A stretch of DNA of 64,000 bases from an uncultured Flavobacterium sp. (GTDB lineage Bacteria; Bacteroidota; Bacteroidia; Flavobacteriales; Flavobacteriaceae): the NCBI RefSeq assembly GCF_943913405.1, contig NZ_CALTYA010000002.1, positions 43,820-107,819 of the forward strand, written 5' to 3'. The notes below the pieces were generated by a model, which was not told where the DNA came from, did no database searches, and saw nothing but the letters and a program-made list of their open reading frames with translations. Both the position numbers and the translations under genes were made by a program. Positions 1 through 9,114 of this stretch are shown piece by piece; the first letter of the stretch is position 1; each line of letters opens with the position of its first letter.

Positions 1-842
1 TAGATTTATTGCCATCGCTTAACATGAAATATAAAGTTAGTGATGCTTCAAACTTAAGATTCAGTGCTTCAAAAACTATTACAAGACCTGTAATTATGGA
101 AGCTTTCCCTCTAGAATTTGTTAATCTTGATGGAACAATCGAAAACGGAAATTCAGATATTGTAAACAGTGACAACTATAATGTTGATTTGAAGTATGAA
201 ATATTCCCAACAAACAAGGAATTATTCGCTGTGACAGCTTTCTCAAAATACCTGCAAAACCCAATTGAAAGAATTTTCATGAACTCAGCAGGTAGCGGAG
301 GTCAGATCATGTCTTATGCTAACTCTAAAAAAGCATTGCTATTAGGAGCTGAACTTGAATTTTTAGTGCAATTGGACAGAGTTTCACAATCACTTAAAGA
401 CTTGTCATTAGGTTTCAATACTTCAGTAATGTACACTAAAGTAACCAATGACAATGTTGTTGAAACTGATAATGAAAGACAACTTCAAGGTGCTTCTCCG
501 TGGCTTATCAATGCAGATTTAAAATATGAATTTGATTTCAGCGAATCTTGGAGTAATACGGTTTCATTGGTTTATAATGTTTATGGCAAAAGAATTTTTG
601 CAGTAGGAACACAACGATTAGACCACTATTATGAAATGCCATTCAACAAGCTTGATTTTATTTGGAACAGTAAATTATCTTCAAATTGGGATTTGAAATT
701 TGCTGCAGAAAACCTTCTGAATCCTAAATATAAAATTGAGATGGGCGATAAAAGCAAGATCGATATTACAGAAAGCGACCTTACTGTAAAAGATTATAAA
801 AAAGGAGTTGGTTTCTCTTTAAACCTGGCTTATACTTTCTAA
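1..842 (+). CDS. TonB-dependent receptor, C-terminal fragment (gene starts upstream of the window)
   Basis: The frame is open to the window edge. The protein has a beta-barrel-like alternating pattern and ends ...LNLAYTF with the terminal Phe typical of TonB-dependent receptors. Confidence 0.55.
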   Translation, partial: DLLPSLNMKYKVSDASNLRFSASKTITRPVIMEAFPLEFVNLDGTIENGNSDIVNSDNYNVDLKYEIFPTNKELFAVTAFSKYLQNPIERIFMNSAGSGGQIMSYANSKKALLLGAELEFLVQLDRVSQSLKDLSLGFNTSVMYTKVTNDNVVETDNERQLQGASPWLINADLKYEFDFSESWSNTVSLVYNVYGKRIFAVGTQRLDHYYEMPFNKLDFIWNSKLSSNWDLKFAAENLLNPKYKIEMGDKSKIDITESDLTVKDYKKGVGFSLNLAYTF

Positions 843-928
843 TCGAGTTAACATTAAAGAAACCTTTTGTTATCTCTCTGGTTACCATTTGATAACCTTT
901 AGCTATGATACCAAAAATATTTAACATC

Positions 929-936
929 TAGATTTG
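929..936 (+). promoter_or_regulatory. Candidate Bacteroidetes -7 promoter element TAGATTTG (TAnnTTTG)
   Basis: Motif match 37 bp upstream of the lipoprotein start at 973. Pattern only. Confidence 0.25.
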
Positions 937-972
937 CATTATTAAATAACACAAAAACTAAAATTAAAGAAA

Positions 973-2172
973 ATGAAAAAATTAGTATTAAGCGTAGCTG
1001 TTTTAGCTTCAATTTTCACAAGCTGTTCAAGCGATGATAGCAGTACACCAGTTAAAACTCCGGTAACAGGAGAAATAAGCGGAACTATCTCTTCTGACAA
1101 AACTTTCGCTTATGGAAATTATACATTAAACGGAAACGTTAAGATCGCTGCTGGAGCAACAGTTACTTTTGAAGCTGGTTCAACAATTACTGCAGACAAA
1201 ACAAATGGTGAAGATGCTTTGATCATCTTAAACGGAGGAAAAATAATTGCTGTTGGAACTGCTGATTCTCCAATCGTATTTACAGAAAAATCTAAAATCG
1301 CTGGTTCTTGGGGTGGTATAATCATGTATGGTGATGCTCCAATCGTAAACTCTGCAACAGCTCCTGCTCCACAAACTGCAATCTCTGAAGACGGACAATC
1401 TTTGTCTTACGGAGGTTCTAACACACAACACAATGGTGGAACTTTGAAATTTGTAAGAGTAGAATATGCTGGACAAGTAATTACTCAAAACAACAAAGAG
1501 CAAAACGGATTTTCTTTCTATTCTGTAGGTGCTGGAACAACTCTTGAAAACCTAGTTTCTTACAAAGGAAATGATGACGGTTTTGAATTTTATGGAGGAA
1601 CTGTAAGCGGTAAAAACTTAATTTCTTACGGAAATTCTGATGATTCTTTTGACTGGCAAGATGGATGGAGAGGTCAAGAAAACACAAACTGGTTCGCTTA
1701 CCAAACAGGTGTTGCAAATTATGGTGTTGAAGTAGAAGCAAAAAGTGTAGCTAACACTTTCTGGCCTAAAGTAACAAACATCACATTAAAGAGAGCTGCT
1801 GGAACTCAAACAGAATCTTTATCAGAAATTCAACTTGATGCTTTCCAATTCAAAAAAGAAGGAAATGGTGATTTCAGCAACATCGTGATCGACGGTTACA
1901 AAAACTATACTACTCCTGCTACAAATGGCGGTGCAATTCAAGTTCTTGATGTAGCTACTTACAACAACCAAGTATTGACTGGACATGTAAAATTAACTAA
2001 CGTGAAAATCACGAACACAGATAACAACTTTATCTCTGGAGTTCCTAACACATTCACAGTAAATGCAACAAGCTTTGGTACTTCATTCACAACTGGTGCT
2101 GCAACTGGAGCACAATTGACAGGTGGTGCTTGGGCAACTGTTGACGGTGTTAACTTGTTACAAAACCTATAA
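973..2172 (+). CDS. Hypothetical lipoprotein, Gly/Thr/Asn-rich, possible beta-helix fold
   Basis: Signal peptide with lipobox (…ASIFTSCSSDD). Long ORF immediately downstream of the TonB-dependent receptor gene. No recognisable catalytic motif. Confidence 0.55.
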   Translation: MKKLVLSVAVLASIFTSCSSDDSSTPVKTPVTGEISGTISSDKTFAYGNYTLNGNVKIAAGATVTFEAGSTITADKTNGEDALIILNGGKIIAVGTADSPIVFTEKSKIAGSWGGIIMYGDAPIVNSATAPAPQTAISEDGQSLSYGGSNTQHNGGTLKFVRVEYAGQVITQNNKEQNGFSFYSVGAGTTLENLVSYKGNDDGFEFYGGTVSGKNLISYGNSDDSFDWQDGWRGQENTNWFAYQTGVANYGVEVEAKSVANTFWPKVTNITLKRAAGTQTESLSEIQLDAFQFKKEGNGDFSNIVIDGYKNYTTPATNGGAIQVLDVATYNNQVLTGHVKLTNVKITNTDNNFISGVPNTFTVNATSFGTSFTTGAATGAQLTGGAWATVDGVNLLQNL

Positions 2173-2196
2173 GAATCTAATTCTTGATATAAAAAA

Positions 2197-2221
2197 CATC
2201 CGCCAATGGCGGATGTTTTTG
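2197..2221 (+). terminator. Rho-independent terminator
   Basis: 9-bp stem CATCCGCCA/TGGCGGATG followed by a T-run, directly after the stop at 2172. Confidence 0.6.
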
Positions 2222-2286
2222 TTTAATATATTTTTTGGTATACTTATTGAATTATTTTTTTATATTTACATAGCCAAATATCTGAC

Positions 2287-2607
2287 ATGATAAAAAAATA
2301 CGCTTATATAATTCTGTTTTTCATCTCCCTTGTTTCTTTTGAGTCTAAAGCTCAGGAAAACAAAGGCAATGGTGCTATTGAAGGATTTAACTTCTATCCA
2401 AATCCTGTGAGCAATGGCAAGATTTTTATTTCGTCAAAATCAATGCAGAATAAAGAAGTAGCGATTTATGACGTCTTAGGAAAAAAAGTGCAGCAAAGCA
2501 CCATGACGTCAAAAGAATTAAACGTTTCTTCACTTTCACCAGGAGTTTATATCATTAAAATCAAGGAAGGCGACGCAACTGTTACAAGAAAGCTTATTAT
2601 CAAGTAG
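2287..2607 (+). CDS. Minimal T9SS substrate: signal peptide plus a T9SS C-terminal sorting domain only
   Basis: N-terminal signal peptide. The C-terminus (FYPNPVSNGKIFISS…VYIIKIKEGDATVTRKLIIK) matches the Por_Secre_tail pattern shared by the other T9SS cargo proteins in this window. Confidence 0.55.
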   Translation: MIKKYAYIILFFISLVSFESKAQENKGNGAIEGFNFYPNPVSNGKIFISSKSMQNKEVAIYDVLGKKVQQSTMTSKELNVSSLSPGVYIIKIKEGDATVTRKLIIK

Positions 2608-2681
2608 TTGCAAAACCTCACTTTCCCGCTACATTTAACTATAAATTTACATTATAATTTTTGAGCGCAATAAATTGTGCT

Positions 2682-2689
2682 TATCTTTG
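2682..2689 (+). promoter_or_regulatory. Candidate -7 element TATCTTTG
   Basis: TAnnTTTG match 33 bp upstream of the start at 2722. Confidence 0.25.
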
Positions 2690-2721
2690 CAGAGAAATTA
2701 TAACAAAAAACAAGAAAGAAC

Positions 2722-3567
2722 ATGAAAAAACTTTACACTTTATTATCTGTTTTTGTATTGGCTCTTACAGCAAATGCTCAAACAACAGTTGCACAATGGA
2801 ATTTTGACGCTCTTACACCAGCCGCTGCTATGGTACCATCAACAGGTACTGGAACATTTACAACAATTGGTGGAGTTGAAGACAATCTTACTAGTGGAGC
2901 TATGCCTGCCGGAAATCCTTCTACTGGAAAAGCATACAGTATTAAAACTTTCCCTGAAGCAAGTACAGCTTCTGGAACGGCTGGTTTTCAATTCGCAACA
3001 AGTACAGTTGGATTTTCTGGAATTACAGTTTCTTTTGACCCAAGAAGTTCAGCAACTGGTTCTAAATGGCAACAATTTGAATACTCTACTGACGGAACAA
3101 CTTGGACAGTATTAAGCAATAATGGCGGTTTATTAGCTAATGATTTTGCTAATCCAGTATCATTAACTCTTCCTGCTACGGTAAACAACAATGCAAATTT
3201 TAAATTTAGAATTGTTTCGATTTTTGCACCTGCAACTACATCTTATGCTCCAGTTGGAACAACATATGGAACAGGTGGTGCTTGGAGAATTGATAATTTT
3301 ACCGTTACAGGAACTACTCTTTCTGTTAAAGACAATGCTATTGCGGGTCTTAAAGTTTATCCTAACCCAGTAACAGGTGGAAAATTCTTTATCTCAACAG
3401 ATGCTAACAATGAAAAATCAGTAGTTATCTTTGACGTATTAGGAAAACAAGTAGTTAACACAACTGCAACTGAATCAGTAAACGTTTCTAACTTAAAAGG
3501 TGGTGTTTATATCGTTAAAATCACTGAAGACGGTAAAACGGCTACTAGAAAATTAGTTATCAAATAA
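2722..3567 (+). CDS. Secreted protein with T9SS C-terminal sorting domain
   Basis: Signal peptide. The C-terminus (…VYPNPVTGGKFFIST…VYIVKITEDGKTATRKLVIK) is a T9SS type-A C-terminal domain. Confidence 0.65.
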   Translation: MKKLYTLLSVFVLALTANAQTTVAQWNFDALTPAAAMVPSTGTGTFTTIGGVEDNLTSGAMPAGNPSTGKAYSIKTFPEASTASGTAGFQFATSTVGFSGITVSFDPRSSATGSKWQQFEYSTDGTTWTVLSNNGGLLANDFANPVSLTLPATVNNNANFKFRIVSIFAPATTSYAPVGTTYGTGGAWRIDNFTVTGTTLSVKDNAIAGLKVYPNPVTGGKFFISTDANNEKSVVIFDVLGKQVVNTTATESVNVSNLKGGVYIVKITEDGKTATRKLVIK

Positions 3568-3586
3568 TTAAGTTTCAAAATATATC

Positions 3587-3618
3587 AAAAGCACCAGCTA
3601 ACGCTGGTGCTTTTTTTT
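3587..3618 (+). terminator. Rho-independent terminator
   Basis: GCACCAGC-TAAC-GCTGGTGC hairpin followed by T8. Confidence 0.65.
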
Positions 3619-3698
3619 GCAGTTAAGTCAACGGCTAAAAATCACAAACTTAATATTTTAACAAAATAAAAACAGTTTTTTACTTACATTTAATTTCG

Positions 3699-3706
3699 TA
3701 GATTTG
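3699..3706 (+). promoter_or_regulatory. Candidate -7 element TAGATTTG upstream of paralog 1
   Basis: TAnnTTTG match 22 bp upstream of the start at 3729. It is followed by the AACCTTAAATCT leader shared with paralog 3. Confidence 0.3.
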
Positions 3707-3728
3707 AGACAACCTTAAATCTTAAATT

Positions 3729-4652
3729 ATGAAATTAAAAAAAATCTTCAGTACAGTATTCCTTCTTTCAGGAATGTTTTTTGCTCATTCTCAAAATGTT
3801 GCCTCAACAGCCAATTTAACTAGTAGCGGTTTAAATGCAGGGACTAGCGGAACCTATAGTACATTTTACGGCACTCTATCTGGCACAAATAATACTACAG
3901 GACAGTCAAATGCATTCTATGGTGCATATTCTGGAAGTGCAAATGTTTCTGGCTCTAATAATACATATATAGGCTCAAATGCAGGAGATTCAAATATTGG
4001 AGATAATAATACTTTTATCGGAGGCGGCGCAGGTGGAGGTTATGAAGGAAATGGAAATGTATTTATAGGAATTGATACTGGACATGCCGCTAGCGGCAAT
4101 AATAACGTCTTTATTGGAAACAATGTAGGTTTTGGTCAGAGTAGCAATAATAGACTGTTAATTGACAATAATAACTCAACGAATTCGCTAATCTGGGGAG
4201 ATTTCGCCCTCGACCAATTAAAACTAAATGGAAAAGTAGGCATCGGCACTGGCTTTGCTAATTTTCCGACTACAGCAGGCTCCGTAAATGTGGCCAATTA
4301 CAATCTTTTCGTAAAAGGCGGCATTCTTACCGAAGAAGTACGTGTTAACCTTCAGTCAAATTGGGCTGATTATGTTTTTTTACCTGATTATAAATTAAAA
4401 ACACTTGGTGAAGTTGAAAATTACATCAATGAAAATGGTCATTTAGAGAATGTTCCTTCTGCTAAAAAAGTAAAGGAAGAAGGCATTGAATTGGGCGAAA
4501 TGGTAAAAATTCAACAAGAAAAAATTGAAGAACTGACTTTATATATCATCCAGCTCAATAAAGAAAACCTAAAAGAAAAAGAGCAAAATAAAGCAATGCT
4601 TCAAAAACTTACTGATTTAGAAGAAAAAGTAAATCTTCTTCTTTCAAAATAA
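3729..4652 (+). CDS. Secreted repeat protein, tail-fibre-like, with conserved C-terminal S74/intramolecular-chaperone-like module and coiled coil (paralog 1 of 3)
   Basis: Sec signal peptide. N-terminal imperfect N-[TV]-F-[IFL]-G-x-x-[AS]-G repeats. Conserved C-terminal block LIWGDF…KGGILTEEVRVNL…W-DYVF…NGHLENVPSA…IQQEKIEELTLY followed by heptad coiled coil. Paralogous to 4688-5551 and 9115-10071. Confidence 0.7.
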   Translation: MKLKKIFSTVFLLSGMFFAHSQNVASTANLTSSGLNAGTSGTYSTFYGTLSGTNNTTGQSNAFYGAYSGSANVSGSNNTYIGSNAGDSNIGDNNTFIGGGAGGGYEGNGNVFIGIDTGHAASGNNNVFIGNNVGFGQSSNNRLLIDNNNSTNSLIWGDFALDQLKLNGKVGIGTGFANFPTTAGSVNVANYNLFVKGGILTEEVRVNLQSNWADYVFLPDYKLKTLGEVENYINENGHLENVPSAKKVKEEGIELGEMVKIQQEKIEELTLYIIQLNKENLKEKEQNKAMLQKLTDLEEKVNLLLSK

Positions 4653-4687
4653 CCTTAATTAATCTATAAACAAAAACCTTAAACATT

Positions 4688-5551
4688 ATGAAATTAACTA
4701 AACTATTTTTAACAGCATTGGTCTTCTCAAGCTTTAACATTGCAAACGCACAAAATGTCAGATCTGATGCAGAAATGACTAGTGGCGGACTTGAAGCAGG
4801 AGCAGGAAATTTACCAGGAGTAACAGGCAGCACTAATGGAAATACTTTTTATGGCTATCGTGCTGGGAGTTTGCAATACAGAGTTTTAACTCAAAACACC
4901 TTTATTGGACATCAAAGTGGAGAGAATAACTACAGAGGAAGCTCAAATACTTTTATCGGTTACAAATCAGGAAATTTAAGCAATAGTACTTATGATAACA
5001 CATTTATTGGCACAAATTCAGGACTGAACAACACAGGATCAAGAAATATTTTCATTGGATCAGCTGCCGGATCACAACAAACAGCAGATAGCGACAAATT
5101 GTTTATTGAAAATTCTAGCAGTTCTAGCCCTTTAATCTGGGGAGATTTCGCCCTCGACCAATTAAAACTAAACGGAAAAGTCGGCATCGGTACTGGCTTT
5201 GCTAATTTTCCAACTACAGCAGGCTCAGTAAACGTTTCAAATTATAATCTTTTCGTAAGAGGCGGTATTCTTACCGAAGAAGTGCGTGTAAACCTTCAAT
5301 CAAATTGGGCTGATTATGTATTTTCTTCTGATTATAAACTAAAGACGCTTGATGAAGTTGAAAGCTATATTACTAAAAATGGTCATTTAGAAAACGTTCC
5401 TTCTGCGAAAAAAGTAAAGGAAGAAGGCATTGAATTGGGCGAAATGCTAAAAATTCAGCAAGAAAAAATTGAAGAATTGACTCTTTATTTAATCCAGCAG
5501 AATAAGGAAATTAAAGAATTGAGAGAGAATTTAAAAAGTTTAAAAAATTAA
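4688..5551 (+). CDS. Secreted tail-fibre-like repeat protein, paralog 2
   Basis: Same architecture as paralog 1. The C-terminal ~120 aa are nearly identical to paralog 1, including long identical DNA runs. The stop lies 3 bp before the M43 protease start. Confidence 0.7.
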   Translation: MKLTKLFLTALVFSSFNIANAQNVRSDAEMTSGGLEAGAGNLPGVTGSTNGNTFYGYRAGSLQYRVLTQNTFIGHQSGENNYRGSSNTFIGYKSGNLSNSTYDNTFIGTNSGLNNTGSRNIFIGSAAGSQQTADSDKLFIENSSSSSPLIWGDFALDQLKLNGKVGIGTGFANFPTTAGSVNVSNYNLFVRGGILTEEVRVNLQSNWADYVFSSDYKLKTLDEVESYITKNGHLENVPSAKKVKEEGIELGEMLKIQQEKIEELTLYLIQQNKEIKELRENLKSLKN

Positions 5552-5553
5552 AT

Positions 5554-8500
5554 ATGAAGAATTTATATATAATCTTATTTATGCTTTTTATTGGCATAAA
5601 TAGTTTTGGGCAGAAAGAAACTAAATCTCCGCCTTGTGCTACCGATGAGTTGATGAGCCAGTTATTTAAAGAAAATCCAGAATTAAAATTAAGGATGGAC
5701 ATGATAGATAATAAGCAAAGCAACATAAATAGTGTCAATAGTCTTTTAAATATCCCAACAATTACTATTCCAATAATAATTTATGTAGTTCATGACAACC
5801 AGCCTTTAGGTACTGGATCAAATATTTCAGACCTTCAAGTAATCGGTCAAATAGATGCCCTAAATAATTATTTTAATGTTTATGGCATAAATTTTTGTTT
5901 GGCAACGAAATCTGGCAGTAACCCAATAAGCTACACAGGAGTACAAAATACTCTGGGAATAATTCACGTTAATCATCCTCCAGCTGCAGATCATAATATT
6001 CAAACTGAACAGCAATTATTAGCTAGTACATCCGCAAATAGTATAAGTCCTAATCGCTATCTTAGAATTTGGGTTGTAAAAAGCATAAATAATCCCAGTG
6101 ACATTTTAGGATATTCTGCACTTCCTGGAACATCGACAGCAATTGACGGTATAGTGATGCGATATGATGCTTTTGGAGATAATTCATGCAATGGTTGCAA
6201 TTTCAATCTTTTACAAAACCATGACAAAGGCAAAACATTAGTGCACGAAATAGGCCATTATTTAGGATTATATCATACTTTCCAGGAAGGATGTTCAGGT
6301 TTAGACCCTTCAAGTTGCAATACTTCAGGAGACAAAGTATGCGATACACCACCAGTAGCAAGTCCTAACTTCAACTGCACAGCGAATATAAATTCTTGCA
6401 ATGAACAAAATAACCTTCCAGATGATATTCACAATTTTATGGATTATGGAGATGATAATTGTCTAGACCATTTCACTTCAGGACAAAAGTCAAGGATTTT
6501 TAATAATATTACATTTTACAGAAACACTTTATTTTCCTCCGACAACCTTATTTATACTGGAGTTTGTGGATTTGAAAGTTCATTGTCCGCTACTTTTGAA
6601 GCTAGCATTTATTCCCCTTGTTGGAGCCCGACTAATGGAGTAAGCTTTACTCCACTATCGACTGGAGGCGGAACAACTTATTTATGGAATTTTGGAGACC
6701 CAAGCACTGGAAATCAAAACACTTCTACACTACCTAATCCTACACACATTTTTAGCTCATCGTCTAACACTCCTTATACAGTCACATTGACAATAACTAG
6801 AGGCAGTGAAAGTAAGATTTCAAATTGTTTAATTTTTGTTACTAATTGCAACCCAATACAAAATTCAGAAAGTACTTGGTATTTCAGTAAAAGTAATGGA
6901 TTAAGTTTTAATACAGGTGTCCCTATTGAAAATAACTCTATTCCAGCAAGTAATACATTTGGAGAGGCGTGCGCTATACAGAGTAACACTTCAGGCGATG
7001 TGTTATTCTATACCAATAGCGAACAAGTTTGGAATAGCTCTCATCAACTTATCAATACTGGCAATCTTTTGCAGGGACATCAAAGCTCGAAGAATGGAGC
7101 TGTAATTGTACCAAATCCTGCAAATATTAATCAATATTATATTTTTACATCAACTGAATCAGGAGGACAAAAAGGCTTCAGATATAGCATTGTTCAAACA
7201 AGTGGCACTACAGCTACAATGACATCCGTTATAAATCAGCCGATCACAATCCCTTCAGGATATTTAACAAGTTCCGACGGAGCCATATTGGCCGTGGAAG
7301 GAATAGAAGTTTTCAAAACATGTAATGGATATTGGATCATAACATCTGCAAAAAAGAGTTCTGGTGTCTACTTAATAGTTTACTCACTAACATCAGCTGG
7401 TTTGCAGTATACCAGCGAATTTTTCATAGCAAATAACGTTGATTATCATGTTTCTTCAATAGAAATATCACCAAATGGAAATAAATTAGCCTATATTAAC
7501 TATTATTATAAAACTTACTTATTTGATTTTGACAAATACACAGGAATTATAAGTAATCAAATTCTTGTGACTGGCACTAATACATATGCTTTTTCATTTA
7601 GCCCAAACTCAAATTTATTTTATTTAACATTAGGTGATGAAATTTTCCAATATAATATTAATTCCATAAATATTGTGAATAGCAAAGTAAAAATTGGTTC
7701 ATATACACAACAATTGGGCGGTATGCAAAGAGGCCCGGACAACAAGCTATATTTAATTATTAATGGTAAAAATAAAATGGCAGTCATTCATGAACCAAAT
7801 AGATTAGCTACAGAAAACAATCTTAACGAATGTTTCTTTACAGAAAACGGTCCTATTTTAAGCAGATCTTTAGGATTTAGCTTACCAAATATGATAGAGA
7901 ATAGAACAGATATTTCATACAATAATACAATTAGCGCAACACCTAATAGCTGTTTCACATATAAATTTGCACCTAATGTCTGTACAAATAGTTTTTCTTG
8001 GAATTTTGGAGATCCTGCTTCAGGAGGCAACAACATATCTAACGAATCCAATCCTACACATACTTTTTCTGGATATGGAACTTATACAATAACGTTAAAC
8101 ACAGGAACAATCTCAATTACATATAGTTTAAATATAAACACAATTAATCCAGTAATTCTTGGAAGTACAACTGCATGTTTAGAAGGTACACAAACAACAA
8201 ATCACTCTGTAGCATTAGCTCTTGGGCAAAATGCATCTTGGTCTGTCAACGGAGGAGTTATAAACGGCCTAAATAATCAATCTGACGTAACAGTCAAATG
8301 GACATCACTTCCTGGAACTGTCACATTAACTATTACAAACACAACTGGATGTTCTACCACTGTTACTAAAACAATTACTTCAGACTGTAATAATCAAGCC
8401 ACTTGCGACACAAACCTCACATTTAACAATCCACAAACAGCAGCCGCTAATTACCAAGCATCACAGAACATAAATACTAATACAAATTACATTGTAAATA

Positions 8501-8892
8501 ACGATATTGACATTAATTTAAAAGCAGGAAATTCAATAGTAATAAGCCCAAATGCACATATTAAAAACGGCTCAACTTTCCGTGCTTACATTGGGCCTTG
8601 CACCCAAACTAATACTGGAAAACAAAGCAGTAAGAAGTCCGTTGAAGCAAATTTGAACAGTATCTCAATTTACCCAAATCCGACATCTGGCATTGTAACT
8701 ATTGAGCTTTCAAATACTTTAATGACAGAAATCACTTTGAATTCCATAGACGGAAAATTAGTTCATTTTAAAAAGACAGCAAATGTCAATTACTATTCTC
8801 TTGACTTAAGTTCTTATGAGAAAGGAATTTACTTGTTGAATTTAAAAACTTCTGAAGGAGAATTTATTACTAAAAAGATAATCAAGCAGTAA
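5554..8892 (+). CDS. T9SS-secreted zinc metalloprotease, M43 (cytophagalysin/pappalysin-like) metzincin with PKD-like domains and T9SS C-terminal domain
   Basis: Signal peptide. Motif LVHEIGHYLGLYHTF fits the metzincin HExxHxxGxxH pattern. Two PKD-like WNFGDP…NPTH…Y-VTL segments. The C-terminus ends …GIYLLNLKTSEGEFITKKIIKQ, a T9SS C-terminal domain. Confidence 0.8.
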   Translation: MKNLYIILFMLFIGINSFGQKETKSPPCATDELMSQLFKENPELKLRMDMIDNKQSNINSVNSLLNIPTITIPIIIYVVHDNQPLGTGSNISDLQVIGQIDALNNYFNVYGINFCLATKSGSNPISYTGVQNTLGIIHVNHPPAADHNIQTEQQLLASTSANSISPNRYLRIWVVKSINNPSDILGYSALPGTSTAIDGIVMRYDAFGDNSCNGCNFNLLQNHDKGKTLVHEIGHYLGLYHTFQEGCSGLDPSSCNTSGDKVCDTPPVASPNFNCTANINSCNEQNNLPDDIHNFMDYGDDNCLDHFTSGQKSRIFNNITFYRNTLFSSDNLIYTGVCGFESSLSATFEASIYSPCWSPTNGVSFTPLSTGGGTTYLWNFGDPSTGNQNTSTLPNPTHIFSSSSNTPYTVTLTITRGSESKISNCLIFVTNCNPIQNSESTWYFSKSNGLSFNTGVPIENNSIPASNTFGEACAIQSNTSGDVLFYTNSEQVWNSSHQLINTGNLLQGHQSSKNGAVIVPNPANINQYYIFTSTESGGQKGFRYSIVQTSGTTATMTSVINQPITIPSGYLTSSDGAILAVEGIEVFKTCNGYWIITSAKKSSGVYLIVYSLTSAGLQYTSEFFIANNVDYHVSSIEISPNGNKLAYINYYYKTYLFDFDKYTGIISNQILVTGTNTYAFSFSPNSNLFYLTLGDEIFQYNINSINIVNSKVKIGSYTQQLGGMQRGPDNKLYLIINGKNKMAVIHEPNRLATENNLNECFFTENGPILSRSLGFSLPNMIENRTDISYNNTISATPNSCFTYKFAPNVCTNSFSWNFGDPASGGNNISNESNPTHTFSGYGTYTITLNTGTISITYSLNINTINPVILGSTTACLEGTQTTNHSVALALGQNASWSVNGGVINGLNNQSDVTVKWTSLPGTVTLTITNTTGCSTTVTKTITSDCNNQATCDTNLTFNNPQTAAANYQASQNINTNTNYIVNNDIDINLKAGNSIVISPNAHIKNGSTFRAYIGPCTQTNTGKQSSKKSVEANLNSISIYPNPTSGIVTIELSNTLMTEITLNSIDGKLVHFKKTANVNYYSLDLSSYEKGIYLLNLKTSEGEFITKKIIKQ

Positions 8893-9081
8893 ATTATCAT
8901 CACTTTCATGAAAGCATCCTTTTAAAAAAAGGGTGCTTTTTTGTTTAAAATACATTCTCAAAAAATAAATTTCAAAAAAACAATCTTCCAAACCATCTGT
9001 ATTTACTGAACAAATAATTAAAAACATAAAAATTAACACTTTAACTGAATAATAATAGTTTTTTTATTACAAATTTTTCAC

Positions 9082-9089
9082 TAAGTTTG
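9082..9089 (+). promoter_or_regulatory. Candidate -7 element TAAGTTTG upstream of paralog 3
   Basis: TAnnTTTG match 25 bp upstream of the start at 9115, followed by the AACCCTTAAATCT leader. Confidence 0.3.
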
Positions 9090-9114
9090 ATATAACCCTT
9101 AAATCTATTTTAAA

